64,000 nucleotides of DNA from Deltaproteobacteria bacterium (GTDB lineage: Bacteria; Desulfobacterota; SM23-61): the NCBI GenBank assembly GCA_016875165.1, contig VGSF01000007.1:15616-79615 (forward strand), read 5' to 3'. The notes under the pieces were generated by a model, which was not told where the DNA came from, ran no database searches, and saw only the letters and a list, made by a program, of their open reading frames with translations. This document shows, one piece after another, positions 20,067 to 29,471 of the stretch (position 1 is the first letter of the stretch; each line of letters begins with the position of its first letter). Both the position numbers and the translations under genes were made by a program.

Positions 20067-20405
20067 TGACGCTGATAAACCGCCACGCAACGGGTGCAAC
20101 AACGTCCCCCACTACATTTTTCTAGGTTAAGCCTCAATTTTTCAACTTTTGATCCATCGCCCTTCCCCAACCCAATTTTTTCACACCTTTGGAGTTAGGG
20201 GGGGTTTCGGGTAATCCATTCGCCCCGCCAGGCGGGGTTAACCTGCATAATGTCAACTTATTTAATACGTTCGCAATAATTCAGAAATATTTAACCGGAG
20301 GTTGGCTTCATCTTCAACCGCCATTTCCTTTTTAAGACATTGCGGAGGAAATTACAGGTAGATCAAGGAACCGGCAAAATCCGAGGACACCCAATCGATT
20401 AATAA

Positions 20406-20873
20406 TCAGGGTATGGATGGAAAGTTTGTTAGATTATATTCTTTCCCGTCAATGGAGATGAAAAAGCGCTTTTCTTGCTCATCCTGCTGGATGAAGGGGG
20501 CAAGAAGTTGATAGGCGCCGCGGGAGAAGCGGGCTTCGAACATTCCGCCCCGAACCCGGCAATAGGGAATATGATCTGATCCGATGCGGAGGGTTTCAGG
20601 AATGAGCGGCTCTCCACTTTCATCGTTCAAGATTAACCAAACAGACTCCAACTCACCTTGTTCAGAAGTGACAAACTCGAGGGTCTTGACCACAAAAGGA
20701 GCATCTTCCGCTTCCACGGGGCAGGTTTCTTGCCCGATCCGTAGAATGAGGCGGCCGGATTTGTCGTAGGTAAGATTTTTATTGTAAAGAAGGTAGGTAC
20801 GGCGGTGAGTAATTTCCTCTCCCTGGATGAACCAGCGGCCTTCTTTATTGATACGGATCAGAGCTTCCTTCAT
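20406..20873 (-). CDS. DUF1285-like conserved protein
   Basis: IRINKEGRWF...VEAEDAPFVV...PYCRVRGGMFEARFSRGAY; ATGA-coupled to mnmE. Confidence 0.75.
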   Translation of the reverse strand: MKEALIRINKEGRWFIQGEEITHRRTYLLYNKNLTYDKSGRLILRIGQETCPVEAEDAPFVVKTLEFVTSEQGELESVWLILNDESGEPLIPETLRIGSDHIPYCRVRGGMFEARFSRGAYQLLAPFIQQDEQEKRFFISIDGKEYNLTNFPSIP

Positions 20874-22261
20874 TTGCCGATACAGAACTGCTCGAAAATG
20901 CGGTCCAAGACATCTTCCGGAGTTACTTCCCCGAGAATTTCTCCCAAGGCTTCAAGAGCCGCCTTTAAATCCAAGGTGATGAATTCATAAGAAAGATCAG
21001 CTTTCAGGCTTTGCCAAGCCTGGTCGAAAGAGTCCCGGGCCGAGCCGAGAGCCTTTTTATGGCGGAGGTTAGAAATAATAACTTCAGCCGCTGGTTCCAG
21101 CTTGCCGTCCAAAACTAGATTACGGATGGTCTCTTTCAGGTGGTCAATCCCTGAGCCATAAAGGGCCGAGATGGGAATAAAAGGAGCTTCCGGAAGTTGC
21201 GCCCGCAAACTTTCCAGGGCAATTCGTTGCGGAAGGTCGTTTTTATTGACGGCTATTATGGTTTTTTTGGATTGGACTTCAGGCAAAATAGCTAAGTCTT
21301 CGGAATTAGCCGGTTCGGACCCGTCCAGAACCCAAATAACCAGGTCAGCCTGGCTTAGGTGTTTTTTTGTCCGCTTTACGCCTTCTTCTTCAATCAGGTC
21401 GCGAGCATGGCGGAGGCCGGCCGTATCGAGAATCCGCAGAGGGATTCCCTGAATATTGATTGTTTCTTCGATGCTATCGCGAGTCGTACCAGGGATAGCG
21501 GTTACGATAGCGCGTTCTTCCCCCAGGAGGGAATTCAGCAGGCTGGATTTTCCAACGTTGGGTTTACCAACAATGACCGCGGCTATTCCTTCCCGGTAAA
21601 TCATGCCTTCCTGATAAGTTTGCAGAATAGCATTCAGGCGATCAAGTAAATTTTTAATTTGCCGGGAGATTACAGCCGGAGAAATTTCCGGAATTTCTTC
21701 TTCGGGAAAGTCAACGCCGGCCTCCAATAAAGTTAGGAGATTAAGCACCCCTTCTTTCATCTGCCGCACTTCCGTGGCCAAATTACCAGCAAGCTGGCGG
21801 TTGGCTAATTTTAGAGACTGCTGGGTCTTGGCGTTAATCAGATCGATGACGGCTTCGGCCTGGGTAAGGTCAATCCGGCCATTTAAAAAGGCGCGTTTGG
21901 TGAATTCACCTGGTTCGGCCAGGCGAGCTCCCCAGCGGAGGACAACCTCTAAAATCTCTTTAAGGACTAATACTCCGCTGTGACACTGGATTTCGACTAC
22001 ATTCTCCCGGGTGTAAGTCTTAGGCTGGCCCATGAAAACAAACAGAACCTCGTCAATGACCGTTTGGTCTTCGGGGCGGATGATTTCACCGAAGTAAAAA
22101 CGATGGGAGAGTAGGGAACCAACCTCCTGTCCTCGACGCCGAAAAATCTTTTTGGCAATTGGTAAGGCCTGGGGGCCGCTTATCCGAACGATTCCGATTC
22201 CTCCCATCCCTAGGGGGGTGGAAATCGCGGCGATCGTATCCCCCAATGTTCCTTTGCTCAT
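20870..22261 (-). CDS. mnmE: tRNA modification GTPase MnmE
   Basis: DTIAAIST, GEFTKRAFLNG, GKPNVGKS, GTTRD, DTAG, FCIGK. Confidence 0.98.
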   Translation of the reverse strand: MSKGTLGDTIAAISTPLGMGGIGIVRISGPQALPIAKKIFRRRGQEVGSLLSHRFYFGEIIRPEDQTVIDEVLFVFMGQPKTYTRENVVEIQCHSGVLVLKEILEVVLRWGARLAEPGEFTKRAFLNGRIDLTQAEAVIDLINAKTQQSLKLANRQLAGNLATEVRQMKEGVLNLLTLLEAGVDFPEEEIPEISPAVISRQIKNLLDRLNAILQTYQEGMIYREGIAAVIVGKPNVGKSSLLNSLLGEERAIVTAIPGTTRDSIEETINIQGIPLRILDTAGLRHARDLIEEEGVKRTKKHLSQADLVIWVLDGSEPANSEDLAILPEVQSKKTIIAVNKNDLPQRIALESLRAQLPEAPFIPISALYGSGIDHLKETIRNLVLDGKLEPAAEVIISNLRHKKALGSARDSFDQAWQSLKADLSYEFITLDLKAALEALGEILGEVTPEDVLDRIFEQFCIGK

Positions 22262-22941
22262 GAAGGTTTTTTTTCGGGGCTGATAATGATTTTCCGGTAA
22301 AGGCCCGTCCCTGTTGACCGGGTGCGCAGGGCTTTATCGTCCTGGAGAGCAAGGTGGATGATGCGCCGGTCATGGGCATTCATCGGGCTTATGGTCACCG
22401 GCCTGCCCAGCTCTTTAGCTTTATCGGCCAGGCGGTGAGCCAGGTTCGCTAAAGATTCTTCCCTGCGGGAACGATAATTTTCCGTGTCCACGATAATCCG
22501 CTTTTTGTCTTCGGCCCCTTTATGGACAATCTTGTTGATCAAGTATTCCAGGGCATCGAGGGTCTGGCCCTTGCGGCCGATCAAAAGGCCGCTGCCGTCA
22601 CCCTTTATGCGCAGCAAGATACGTTCGGGTTCGTCTTTCAGTTCGACCTCGGTTTCCATCCCCAACAGGTGGAGGAGGTCTTGCAGGGTTTTTTTGGCAG
22701 TTTCCGCCGGAGAATGACCCGGAGGGGGAGAAGAAAAATCAGCCTCTTTTCTCTCCGGAGCGGGGGGTGTTTTTCGGGTGGCCCGGATTTGAGCCTTCTT
22801 TGCGCCCACCAGCCCTAAGAAGCCACTGGAGCCGTTGGCCAGAATCTCAATCTCTAAATCTTCCCGCGAGGCCTTTAATTCCTGGCAAGCTTTACTTATG
22901 GCCTCTTCGATGTTTTTGCCTTCGGTCTCGATAGAATTCAT
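22258..22941 (-). CDS. jag: Jag/KhpB RNA-binding protein (Jag_N-KH-R3H)
   Basis: GFLGL, LIGRKGQTLDAL, RRIIH; start at ATG 22941 after GGAGG. Confidence 0.93.
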   Translation of the reverse strand: MNSIETEGKNIEEAISKACQELKASREDLEIEILANGSSGFLGLVGAKKAQIRATRKTPPAPERKEADFSSPPPGHSPAETAKKTLQDLLHLLGMETEVELKDEPERILLRIKGDGSGLLIGRKGQTLDALEYLINKIVHKGAEDKKRIIVDTENYRSRREESLANLAHRLADKAKELGRPVTISPMNAHDRRIIHLALQDDKALRTRSTGTGLYRKIIISPEKKPS

Positions 22942-22955
22942 AGTTTCCTCCGGCA

Positions 22956-24605
22956 CTACTTGGAATATTTATTTATGTATATTTGCTGCCCGATGGAGAG
23001 CAGGTTGTTGAACAGCCAATAAAGCACCAGGCCTGTGGGGAAGGTAAGGAACATAAAAGTAAACACCACGGGCATGATCAGCATCATCTTGGCCTGGGTA
23101 GGGTCTCCAGGGGTAGGCGTCATCCACTGCTGGACGAACATCGAAGCTCCCATGAGAATGGGAGAAATGTAATAAGGATCCTGGGCTGAGAGATCCTGGA
23201 TCCACCAGTAGAAGGGAGCGTGGCGAATCTCGATGGAGTAGAGAAGAACTTTATAGAGCGCGAAAAAAATGGGGATCTGGATGACGATGGGCAAACATCC
23301 GCTCATGGGGTTGACTTTATAACGGCGATAGAGATCCATCGTCTCTTTGTTGAGCTTTTCCTTGTCATCCTTGAATTTTTCCTTTAGCTTGGCCATTTCG
23401 GGTTGGAGCTTTTTCATCTCCTTCATCGATCTGTAACTGATATGCGTTGGGTACCAGAAAAGAATTTTGATGATCACCGTGAGAAAGATAATGGCCAGAC
23501 CGTAATTTCCGGTGTACTTGTAGAAAAATTTCATGACATAAAGCATAGGCTTGGCCACCACGTCAAACCAGCCGAAGTCCAAAGCATGGTCTAAGTCAGA
23601 ACCAACAGTTTTGAGAATGTCCAGGTCTTTGGGGCCGAAGTAAAGGGCGTAGGATTGGGTAAATTGGGTTTCAGGGGGAAGTGCGGCTTTGGGGCCGCCC
23701 ATGCGCAGGTCGGCGGTGGTTTCCGAGGTTTTTTTCATGATAATCTCCGTGCCCTCGGATTTCTTGGGAATGAAAGCGGCCAGGAAATATATATTCTGGA
23801 ATCCTCCCCATTGAACATTCTGGGAAAAGCGCTTTTCGTCTTTCAAGTCTTTCAGCTCGATCTCGTGGAGTTCTTTCTTAATCAGGGCGGTAAAAGGGGG
23901 AACTTCTGCGCCCATGCTTCCCCCCGAGCCCGGGATGCAAGCCATACCACCGCTTCCCGCAATAGTGAATATCTTTCCCGACCAGAGGAGAACTGGCCTT
24001 CCTTCTAATGACCGGGAGGAACGGTTGATCATCTGCAGGTTCAGGTCCATGCGGTAAGTGTCCGCATAAAATATAATCTGCTGGCTTAGTTGCAGCCCCT
24101 CGGGGGATTCCCAGGTAAAAAGCAACTCACCTTTGTTTTTCTGGGGTCCCAGCTTCAAGCTATCCACGTTCACCTGGAAGAGGGAATCGGGTGTAAATGG
24201 AAAATTGGCCTCCAGAATCTCCAGGCCAAAAGGATACCCGCCGCTTAGCGTATCAGTGGCCAGGTCGAGGGGTTTGGCCCCCTCACCAAGCTTATCCTCA
24301 TATTTTTTAACCTTCCAGCTTTTCAAGCGGGCCCCGCGGGTGTCGAAGACCGCAATATAAAGCGGGGTATCCACCGTAATGTCCTTGCCGGCGTGAGCTT
24401 TGATCGTCTCCGCAGGGCGGGGGTATGCTGGCTGAGCGGCCTCCGGCTTTTTCTCTCCCACCGGGGTTGCTTTTTCCACCGGTACGACTTTCTCCTGGGG
24501 AGGTTTTTCATTATTGGTCTCTGGTGGAGGGGGGGTAAAAAAATACTGGTAAAAAACCAGGATGAGCATAGAAATGATTACAGCTAAAAGCGCGCGCTTT
24601 TCCAT
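22956..24605 (-). CDS. yidC: Membrane protein insertase YidC
   Basis: YFGPK, GNYGLAII, NPMSGCLP, WIQDLS, GLVLYW. Confidence 0.97.
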   Translation of the reverse strand: MEKRALLAVIISMLILVFYQYFFTPPPPETNNEKPPQEKVVPVEKATPVGEKKPEAAQPAYPRPAETIKAHAGKDITVDTPLYIAVFDTRGARLKSWKVKKYEDKLGEGAKPLDLATDTLSGGYPFGLEILEANFPFTPDSLFQVNVDSLKLGPQKNKGELLFTWESPEGLQLSQQIIFYADTYRMDLNLQMINRSSRSLEGRPVLLWSGKIFTIAGSGGMACIPGSGGSMGAEVPPFTALIKKELHEIELKDLKDEKRFSQNVQWGGFQNIYFLAAFIPKKSEGTEIIMKKTSETTADLRMGGPKAALPPETQFTQSYALYFGPKDLDILKTVGSDLDHALDFGWFDVVAKPMLYVMKFFYKYTGNYGLAIIFLTVIIKILFWYPTHISYRSMKEMKKLQPEMAKLKEKFKDDKEKLNKETMDLYRRYKVNPMSGCLPIVIQIPIFFALYKVLLYSIEIRHAPFYWWIQDLSAQDPYYISPILMGASMFVQQWMTPTPGDPTQAKMMLIMPVVFTFMFLTFPTGLVLYWLFNNLLSIGQQIYINKYSK

Positions 24606-24635
24606 CAATAACCTCCGTTGGCCCCCTCTATTCGT

Positions 24636-24887
24636 TCACTTATGGGTTGAACCCGCTTCTTGGCGGCTTTGGGGGGGTAACACTGGATCATAACCACCTG
24701 GGTGAAAGGGATGGCATTTCAAAAGCCTCCACGCGGTCAAAAGTAAACCCTTAACCGGGCCGAATCGCTCGACCGCTTCCAGGGCATAGGCAGAGCATGA
24801 AGGCGCAAAGCGGCAAGAAGAGAAGGTTAGCGGGGAGAGGAAATAGCGATAAAATTGAATGAGGCTAAGGACTATCCGGGTCACCAT
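24636..24887 (-). CDS. yidD: Membrane protein insertion efficiency factor YidD
   Basis: [10 protein letters not shown]...[13 protein letters not shown]. Confidence 0.95.
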   Translation of the reverse strand: MVTRIVLSLIQFYRYFLSPLTFSSCRFAPSCSAYALEAVERFGPVKGLLLTAWRLLKCHPFHPGGYDPVLPPQSRQEAGSTHK

Positions 24888-24902
24888 CTAAAATTTGAAA
24901 AG

Positions 24903-25241
24903 CTATCGCTTTTTTAAAATTCCTTTCAATTCTTCAGATACCTGCCAAAAATTTAGTTTGGCGGCGCCTTCTTTGGCGGTGATGACAAAGTCCGAAGAGC
25001 TTAAGAGTTCTTCTTTGTTCTGGCGAAAAAACTCCCGGATCAACCTTTTCAGGCGATTACGTTCGACCGCTATTCCAACCCGCTTCCCGACCGTGATCCC
25101 CAATCTCAGGCGAGAGAGACGGTTTGGACATATGGAAACCCCGAAATGTTCCGTATGGAATCTTATCCCCTCCCTGGAGATCCTGATAAAATCGCCCCGG
25201 CAACGGATCCTCTCCTCTTTTCCGAATGTGTTTAAGCACAT
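24903..25241 (-). CDS. rnpA: Ribonuclease P protein component
   Basis: RLGITVGKRVGIAVERNRLKRLIRE (RNR motif). Confidence 0.95.
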   Translation of the reverse strand: MCLNTFGKEERIRCRGDFIRISREGIRFHTEHFGVSICPNRLSRLRLGITVGKRVGIAVERNRLKRLIREFFRQNKEELLSSSDFVITAKEGAAKLNFWQVSEELKGILKKR

Positions 25242-25278
25242 CTACCGAGGGCTCCGATCTCTGGCGGTCGGCTGGTTC

Positions 25279-25428
25279 TCAGTATTCGCTCACCACTACC
25301 ACCAATCTCTTTCGGCCTTTGGCCCTCCTGCGTTTCAAGACTAAACGTCCACCCTTTGTGGACATACGGCTTAAAAAGCCGTGGGTTCTTTTCCGGCGAA
25401 TGTTACTTGGCTGATATGTCCTCTTCAC
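25279..25428 (-). CDS. rpmH: 50S ribosomal protein L34 (49 aa, not in ORF track)
   Basis: GTG start; [49 protein letters not shown]. Confidence 0.97.
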   Translation of the reverse strand: MKRTYQPSNIRRKRTHGFLSRMSTKGGRLVLKRRRAKGRKRLVVVVSEY

Positions 25429-25653
25429 CGCTTAACTCCCGCTCTGGGTGAATTTTATTCCCTAAAGAGAATTATTTTCCCCAGTTTTTAATAAGCCAAA
25501 ACCTTAAAAAAGGTCCAAGATTCAATTTAATGTGGTATTTTATTATTTTCATCTGGAAAAAGCAAGGGTAAAATGGATTTTCCAAAAAGAGCTCTTTTCA
25601 GGAAATTAGAGTTCTTCATCTGCAAGAAATCTCCAATAAAGGATAAGGGAACA

Positions 25654-26322
25654 TTGAAAGCTAAGCACCTCTGTTTTTTTGACATGGATCGCACGTTGAT
25701 CGCCACGAATTCCGGAGTTTCGTTCATGCGCTATTCCCTTCGCCGCGGGAAAACCACCCGCTGGAAACTTATCAAATCCATCGTGGATTATTTACTTTAC
25801 CGTTTCGACCTCCTGGACATGGATAAGGCCTACCGGGATTCCCTGAAGTCTTTGGTGGGAGTGCGGGAAGAGGAATTAGTGGAATTTTGCCAGGAATGGT
25901 TTGATGAAGTGATCAAAAATCTGATCTATCCCGAGGCGGGCGATTTTGTTCAAAGACATTTAGGCCGGGGGGAAACCGTGGTGATCATTTCCAACTCCAC
26001 AACATATGCTGTGAACCCGCTTGCCCGACACCTGGGAGTTGACCATATTTTGGCCACCCAACTGGAAGTTTCCAGGGGATTCTTCACGGGCAATTATATT
26101 AGACCCCTCTGCTTCAGGCATGGAAAAATATTCTGGGCTGAAAAACTCATCCGGGAATTGGGTGGGGATTTTAGCCAGAGTACTTTCTATACGGATAGCA
26201 TAACGGACCTTCCCTTATTGGAACAAGTGCGGTACCCGCGGGTTGTCAACCCCGACCCCAGACTTCGAGCGTTGGCCAGAAAACGCGGCTGGCCCATTCA
26301 GGATTTTAGCCGGCGGAAATAA
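25654..26322 (+). CDS. HAD-superfamily IB hydrolase (SerB-like)
   Basis: FFDMDRTL, YTDSITDLPLL, VVNPDPRL; likely TTG start at 25654. Confidence 0.88.
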   Translation: MKAKHLCFFDMDRTLIATNSGVSFMRYSLRRGKTTRWKLIKSIVDYLLYRFDLLDMDKAYRDSLKSLVGVREEELVEFCQEWFDEVIKNLIYPEAGDFVQRHLGRGETVVIISNSTTYAVNPLARHLGVDHILATQLEVSRGFFTGNYIRPLCFRHGKIFWAEKLIRELGGDFSQSTFYTDSITDLPLLEQVRYPRVVNPDPRLRALARKRGWPIQDFSRRK

Positions 26323-26346
26323 GCCTTTTTAGATGGGTGGGGGAAA

Positions 26347-26375
26347 AAGAAGGCATCCCTTAAGGATGCCTTCTT
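26347..26375. terminator. Bidirectional intrinsic terminator
   Basis: AAGAAGGCATCC-CTTAA-GGATGCCTTCTT between convergent genes. Confidence 0.8.
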
Positions 26376-26426
26376 CCCGATCATCAAGAAGCTTAGCAGT
26401 CTGGTCGCGTTTCAGTCGGAGAAAAG

Positions 26427-26831
26427 TTAGAAAATCTTTGTTATACCGGTTACAGTTTTGTCGGTAACCCAGACATTAACCACGTCGCCAACATTGATCC
26501 CGGCGAGGTCTTTGGCTGCTTTCTTCCCCACGCTGAGCGTAACCTTTTTTTGCTGCTTCACGGAGTCCTGTTTAATGGTGATTTTTTGGGCGGCAGCATC
26601 AACGGAGACGACACTCCCTCCCATCCGATAGGCGACCGGTTTGGCAGGAGCCTCTTTTTTAGCTGCCTCTGGTTTGGCCGCTTCTGGTTTTGCTTCTGCT
26701 GGTTTGGCTGGCTCGGCGGGTTTGGCTGCTTCCGCTGGTTTCCCGGGTTTACCCTTTTCCTGGGCAACGCCCACCCCGGAAAGAGAAAAAACAAAAATTA
26801 GCCCCATCAAAACTACGACCATTTTTTTCAT
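26427..26831 (-). CDS. Exported protein with Pro/Ala/Glu/Lys-rich linker and small beta domain
   Basis: Sec signal (..GVA-Q), KPAEAAKPAEPAKPAEAKPEAAKPEAAK repeats, double AGGAG SD. Confidence 0.8.
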   Translation of the reverse strand: MKKMVVVLMGLIFVFSLSGVGVAQEKGKPGKPAEAAKPAEPAKPAEAKPEAAKPEAAKKEAPAKPVAYRMGGSVVSVDAAAQKITIKQDSVKQQKKVTLSVGKKAAKDLAGINVGDVVNVWVTDKTVTGITKIF

Positions 26832-26976
26832 GTTTCTCCTTTGCCTCCTTTCCTAAGGAATAGGTAAAAAAAACTTTCCAAATAACTTAAGCCAACATAC
26901 AATAAAGGAGAAAATATTTCAATAAAATTTTTGAGTTGCCATAAAACCATAGGGTTTTTGAGGAAAAGGGTTTAAA

Positions 26977-27387
26977 ATGCCTCGCCGGAATGCTGCCCAA
27001 AGGGGGTTCTCCCGGGGAAAACGTTTTTTTGAAAATTTGGTCAGAGAGGCTATAGAGGCTATTCCAGAAGAGATGAAAAACCGGCTGGAAAACGTGGCCA
27101 TCCTGATCGAAGAGGACCGTTTAAGCAATTCAGGGGAAGGGGAAGAGGAAGAAAACGGGCAAGAGCTGCTCGGGCTCTATGAAGGCATACCGAAAAAAGA
27201 CCGCGGTTTTTGGTATGGAAATACTCTTCCTGATCGCATAGTGATATACCGAAAACCCCTGGAGCGCATGAGCTCGACGTTATCAGAACTTAGGGAGAAC
27301 ATTCGCCAGACCGTAATTCACGAGATTGGCCATTATTTCGGGTTTGATGAAGAAGAACTCCAGCAGTTGGAAGATGGGGATATTTAA
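26977..27387 (+). CDS. Minimal zincin-like metallopeptidase
   Basis: LLGLYEG, PDRIVIYRKP, TVIHEIGHYFG. Confidence 0.9.
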   Translation: MPRRNAAQRGFSRGKRFFENLVREAIEAIPEEMKNRLENVAILIEEDRLSNSGEGEEEENGQELLGLYEGIPKKDRGFWYGNTLPDRIVIYRKPLERMSSTLSELRENIRQTVIHEIGHYFGFDEEELQQLEDGDI

Positions 27388-27472
27388 GCCGGGAAGCAAA
27401 AGAGGGAAGCCGGAAAACGGTCCCAAAGATCCAAACCCGGCGTAGCCAGAACCAAACCGGACTTATGGATTA

Positions 27473-27596
27473 AAATCCCAAATTCCAAATAAATTTCAAA
27501 TCCAAATTACCAATGACCTAAACAATTCTGTTTGAAATTTCGAATTTGGCTATTGGGATTTATTTGTTATTTGGTGCTTGATGCTTGGAATTTGTT
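27473..27596. repeat. AAATCCC/TTGGAAT heptamer inverted array
   Basis: AAATCCCAAATTCCAAATAAATTTCAAATCC...TTTGGTGCTTGATGCTTGGAATTT. Confidence 0.7.
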
Positions 27597-27704
27597 TGCC
27601 ATTTGGTGCTTATTGAACTTGCTATTTATTGCCACCTGGCCAAGGATTTCATTCGTAAGCGCCTAACCCAAAAGTAATCAATCCTTCTGGGGTTGTTAGT
27701 TGAC

Positions 27705-29249
27705 TTAACATGGGGGAATGCCGTGTTTCTTTGAGGCTCTTTCCTCTTTTTTGGCCGAAAGATCTTCCAGAACCCTGATCAATTCCTGCCGGGTGTGCCG
27801 GGGATCGATAATAGCGTTGAGAAGCCCGTAGGAAGCGGCATAATAGGGATGAGAGAATTTCTCCTGGTATTCCTTTTCTTTTTCCCGCCGAAATTTTTCC
27901 GAATCAACGGCTTCTCTGATTTCTTTTCTGAAAAGAATGTTTACTGCCCCTTCCGCTCCCATGACGGCGATAGATGCTGTGGGATAAGCCAGAATATAAT
28001 CAAAGCCCATTCCCTGGGAGCAGAGAGCAATATAAGCCCCGCCAAAGGCTTTGCGTAAAATAAGGGAGATTTTGGGGACGGTGGCCTCGGAGTAGGCATA
28101 CAGAATTTTGGCTCCATGCCGGATAATTCCCTTATGCTCCTGGTCGGTTCCCGGCAAGTAGCCGGGGACATCGACCAGGTTGATTATGGGAATGTTAAAA
28201 GCATCACAGAACCTTACAAAGCGGGCGATCTTATCCGAAGAGTCGATATCCAGGACTCCGGCCATGATCAGCGGTTGATTGGCCACGATGCCCACCACCT
28301 TTCCGGCGAGGCGGGCCAGACCGATCACCGCGTTGGGGGCAAAGAAAGCCTGAACTTCCAAAAAATCCTGATGGTCCACAATGCGGTGAATTACTTCCTT
28401 GATGTCGTAAACTTCCTCGGATGAAACCGGTATAAGTGCTTCTATATTTTCGTCGGGCGCTTCCTGATCTTGCGGGGAGCGGGATACGGGGGGAAGTTCG
28501 TAGCAATTCGCGGGGAGGAAGCTCAAGAGTTTTCTGACGTAAGAAAAACATTCTTCTTCGGTAGGCAAGGCGAAATGAGCCACTCCGCTCACTTCATTAT
28601 GAATTCGGGCTCCGCCCAACTCTTCAAAAGAAACTTCTTCCCCGGTTACCTGCTTGATGACTTCCGGGCCGGTGATGAACATGCGGCCGATTCCCTCGAC
28701 CATGAAGACGAAATCCGTCAGAGCCGGGGAATAAACCGCTCCCCCGGCCGTGGGGCCGGCCATGATAGATATCTGCGGAATGAGGCCGGAGGCCAGGGAG
28801 TTTCTCCGAAATATATGGCCATAGCCGTTTAAGGCCAGGACCCCTTCCTGGATTCTGGCGCCCCCTGAGTCCAGGATCTGGATGAAGGGGCGGCGGTTCT
28901 TTATGGCCAGGTCCTGGCAGGCGGCGATTTTATTGGCCTGCATTTCCCCCAGGGTTCCTCCCATGATCGTAAAATCCTGAGAGACGAGGAAAACCAGGCG
29001 GCCATCAATGCGGCCGCTCCCGCTGACAACCCCGTCGCCCGGGAATTTCCTTCTGTCCATGCCAAAATCCTGGCAGCGGGAGGTGACGAAAGGATCTAAT
29101 TCGTGGAAGCTCTCTTTATCTAAAAGCAGGTCGATCCTTTCCCGGGCGGTTTTCTTCCCGGAGGATTTTTGTTTTTCAAGTTCTTTCGCTCCACCGCCGG
29201 CCCGGGTTTCTTTAATTTTTTTTCGTAATTTTTCGAGCAGTTCTTCCAT
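27705..29249 (-). CDS. Acyl-CoA carboxyltransferase (PccB/MmdA family)
   Basis: TARERI, PGDGVV, GGTLG, DSGGARIQEG, DVPGYLPG, RKAFGGAY, KKHGIPP; true start ATG 29249 (the ORF-track extension runs through a MITE). Confidence 0.93.
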   Translation of the reverse strand: MEELLEKLRKKIKETRAGGGAKELEKQKSSGKKTARERIDLLLDKESFHELDPFVTSRCQDFGMDRRKFPGDGVVSGSGRIDGRLVFLVSQDFTIMGGTLGEMQANKIAACQDLAIKNRRPFIQILDSGGARIQEGVLALNGYGHIFRRNSLASGLIPQISIMAGPTAGGAVYSPALTDFVFMVEGIGRMFITGPEVIKQVTGEEVSFEELGGARIHNEVSGVAHFALPTEEECFSYVRKLLSFLPANCYELPPVSRSPQDQEAPDENIEALIPVSSEEVYDIKEVIHRIVDHQDFLEVQAFFAPNAVIGLARLAGKVVGIVANQPLIMAGVLDIDSSDKIARFVRFCDAFNIPIINLVDVPGYLPGTDQEHKGIIRHGAKILYAYSEATVPKISLILRKAFGGAYIALCSQGMGFDYILAYPTASIAVMGAEGAVNILFRKEIREAVDSEKFRREKEKEYQEKFSHPYYAASYGLLNAIIDPRHTRQELIRVLEDLSAKKEERASKKHGIPPC

Positions 29250-29318
29250 TATCTCCCCCCCTGGGCAATGGCCTAAACCTTTGTGGTTTAAGCGACCGGC
29301 CTGAAAAAAATCACTTAA

Positions 29319-29471
29319 GATGGCCTCGTAAAAAGTCCATCTGCGGCGTTGCGCTTCACCTTCATCGTTGCGGCGTACCTTGTAAGTACGCCTCACTCCT
29401 CAGGTTTTGCGCGCCTTGCATATGGAGCTTTTTACTTTGCCATCCAAATTTTGACTTTTTACGAGATCATC
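29319..29471. mobile_element. MITE family C with GCGGCGTAC-type cargo
   Basis: GATGGCCTCGTAAAAAGTC / GACTTTTTACGAGATCATC; 6-bp TSD ACTTAA. Confidence 0.88.

Noticed and set aside
29250-29396. N-terminal extensions in the ORF track (carboxyltransferase; also ribE 50153, MshK-like 62829, ilvD 1054, fabH 38762)
   Set aside because: They run through MITEs or upstream genes; SD position and family N-termini support the shorter starts.
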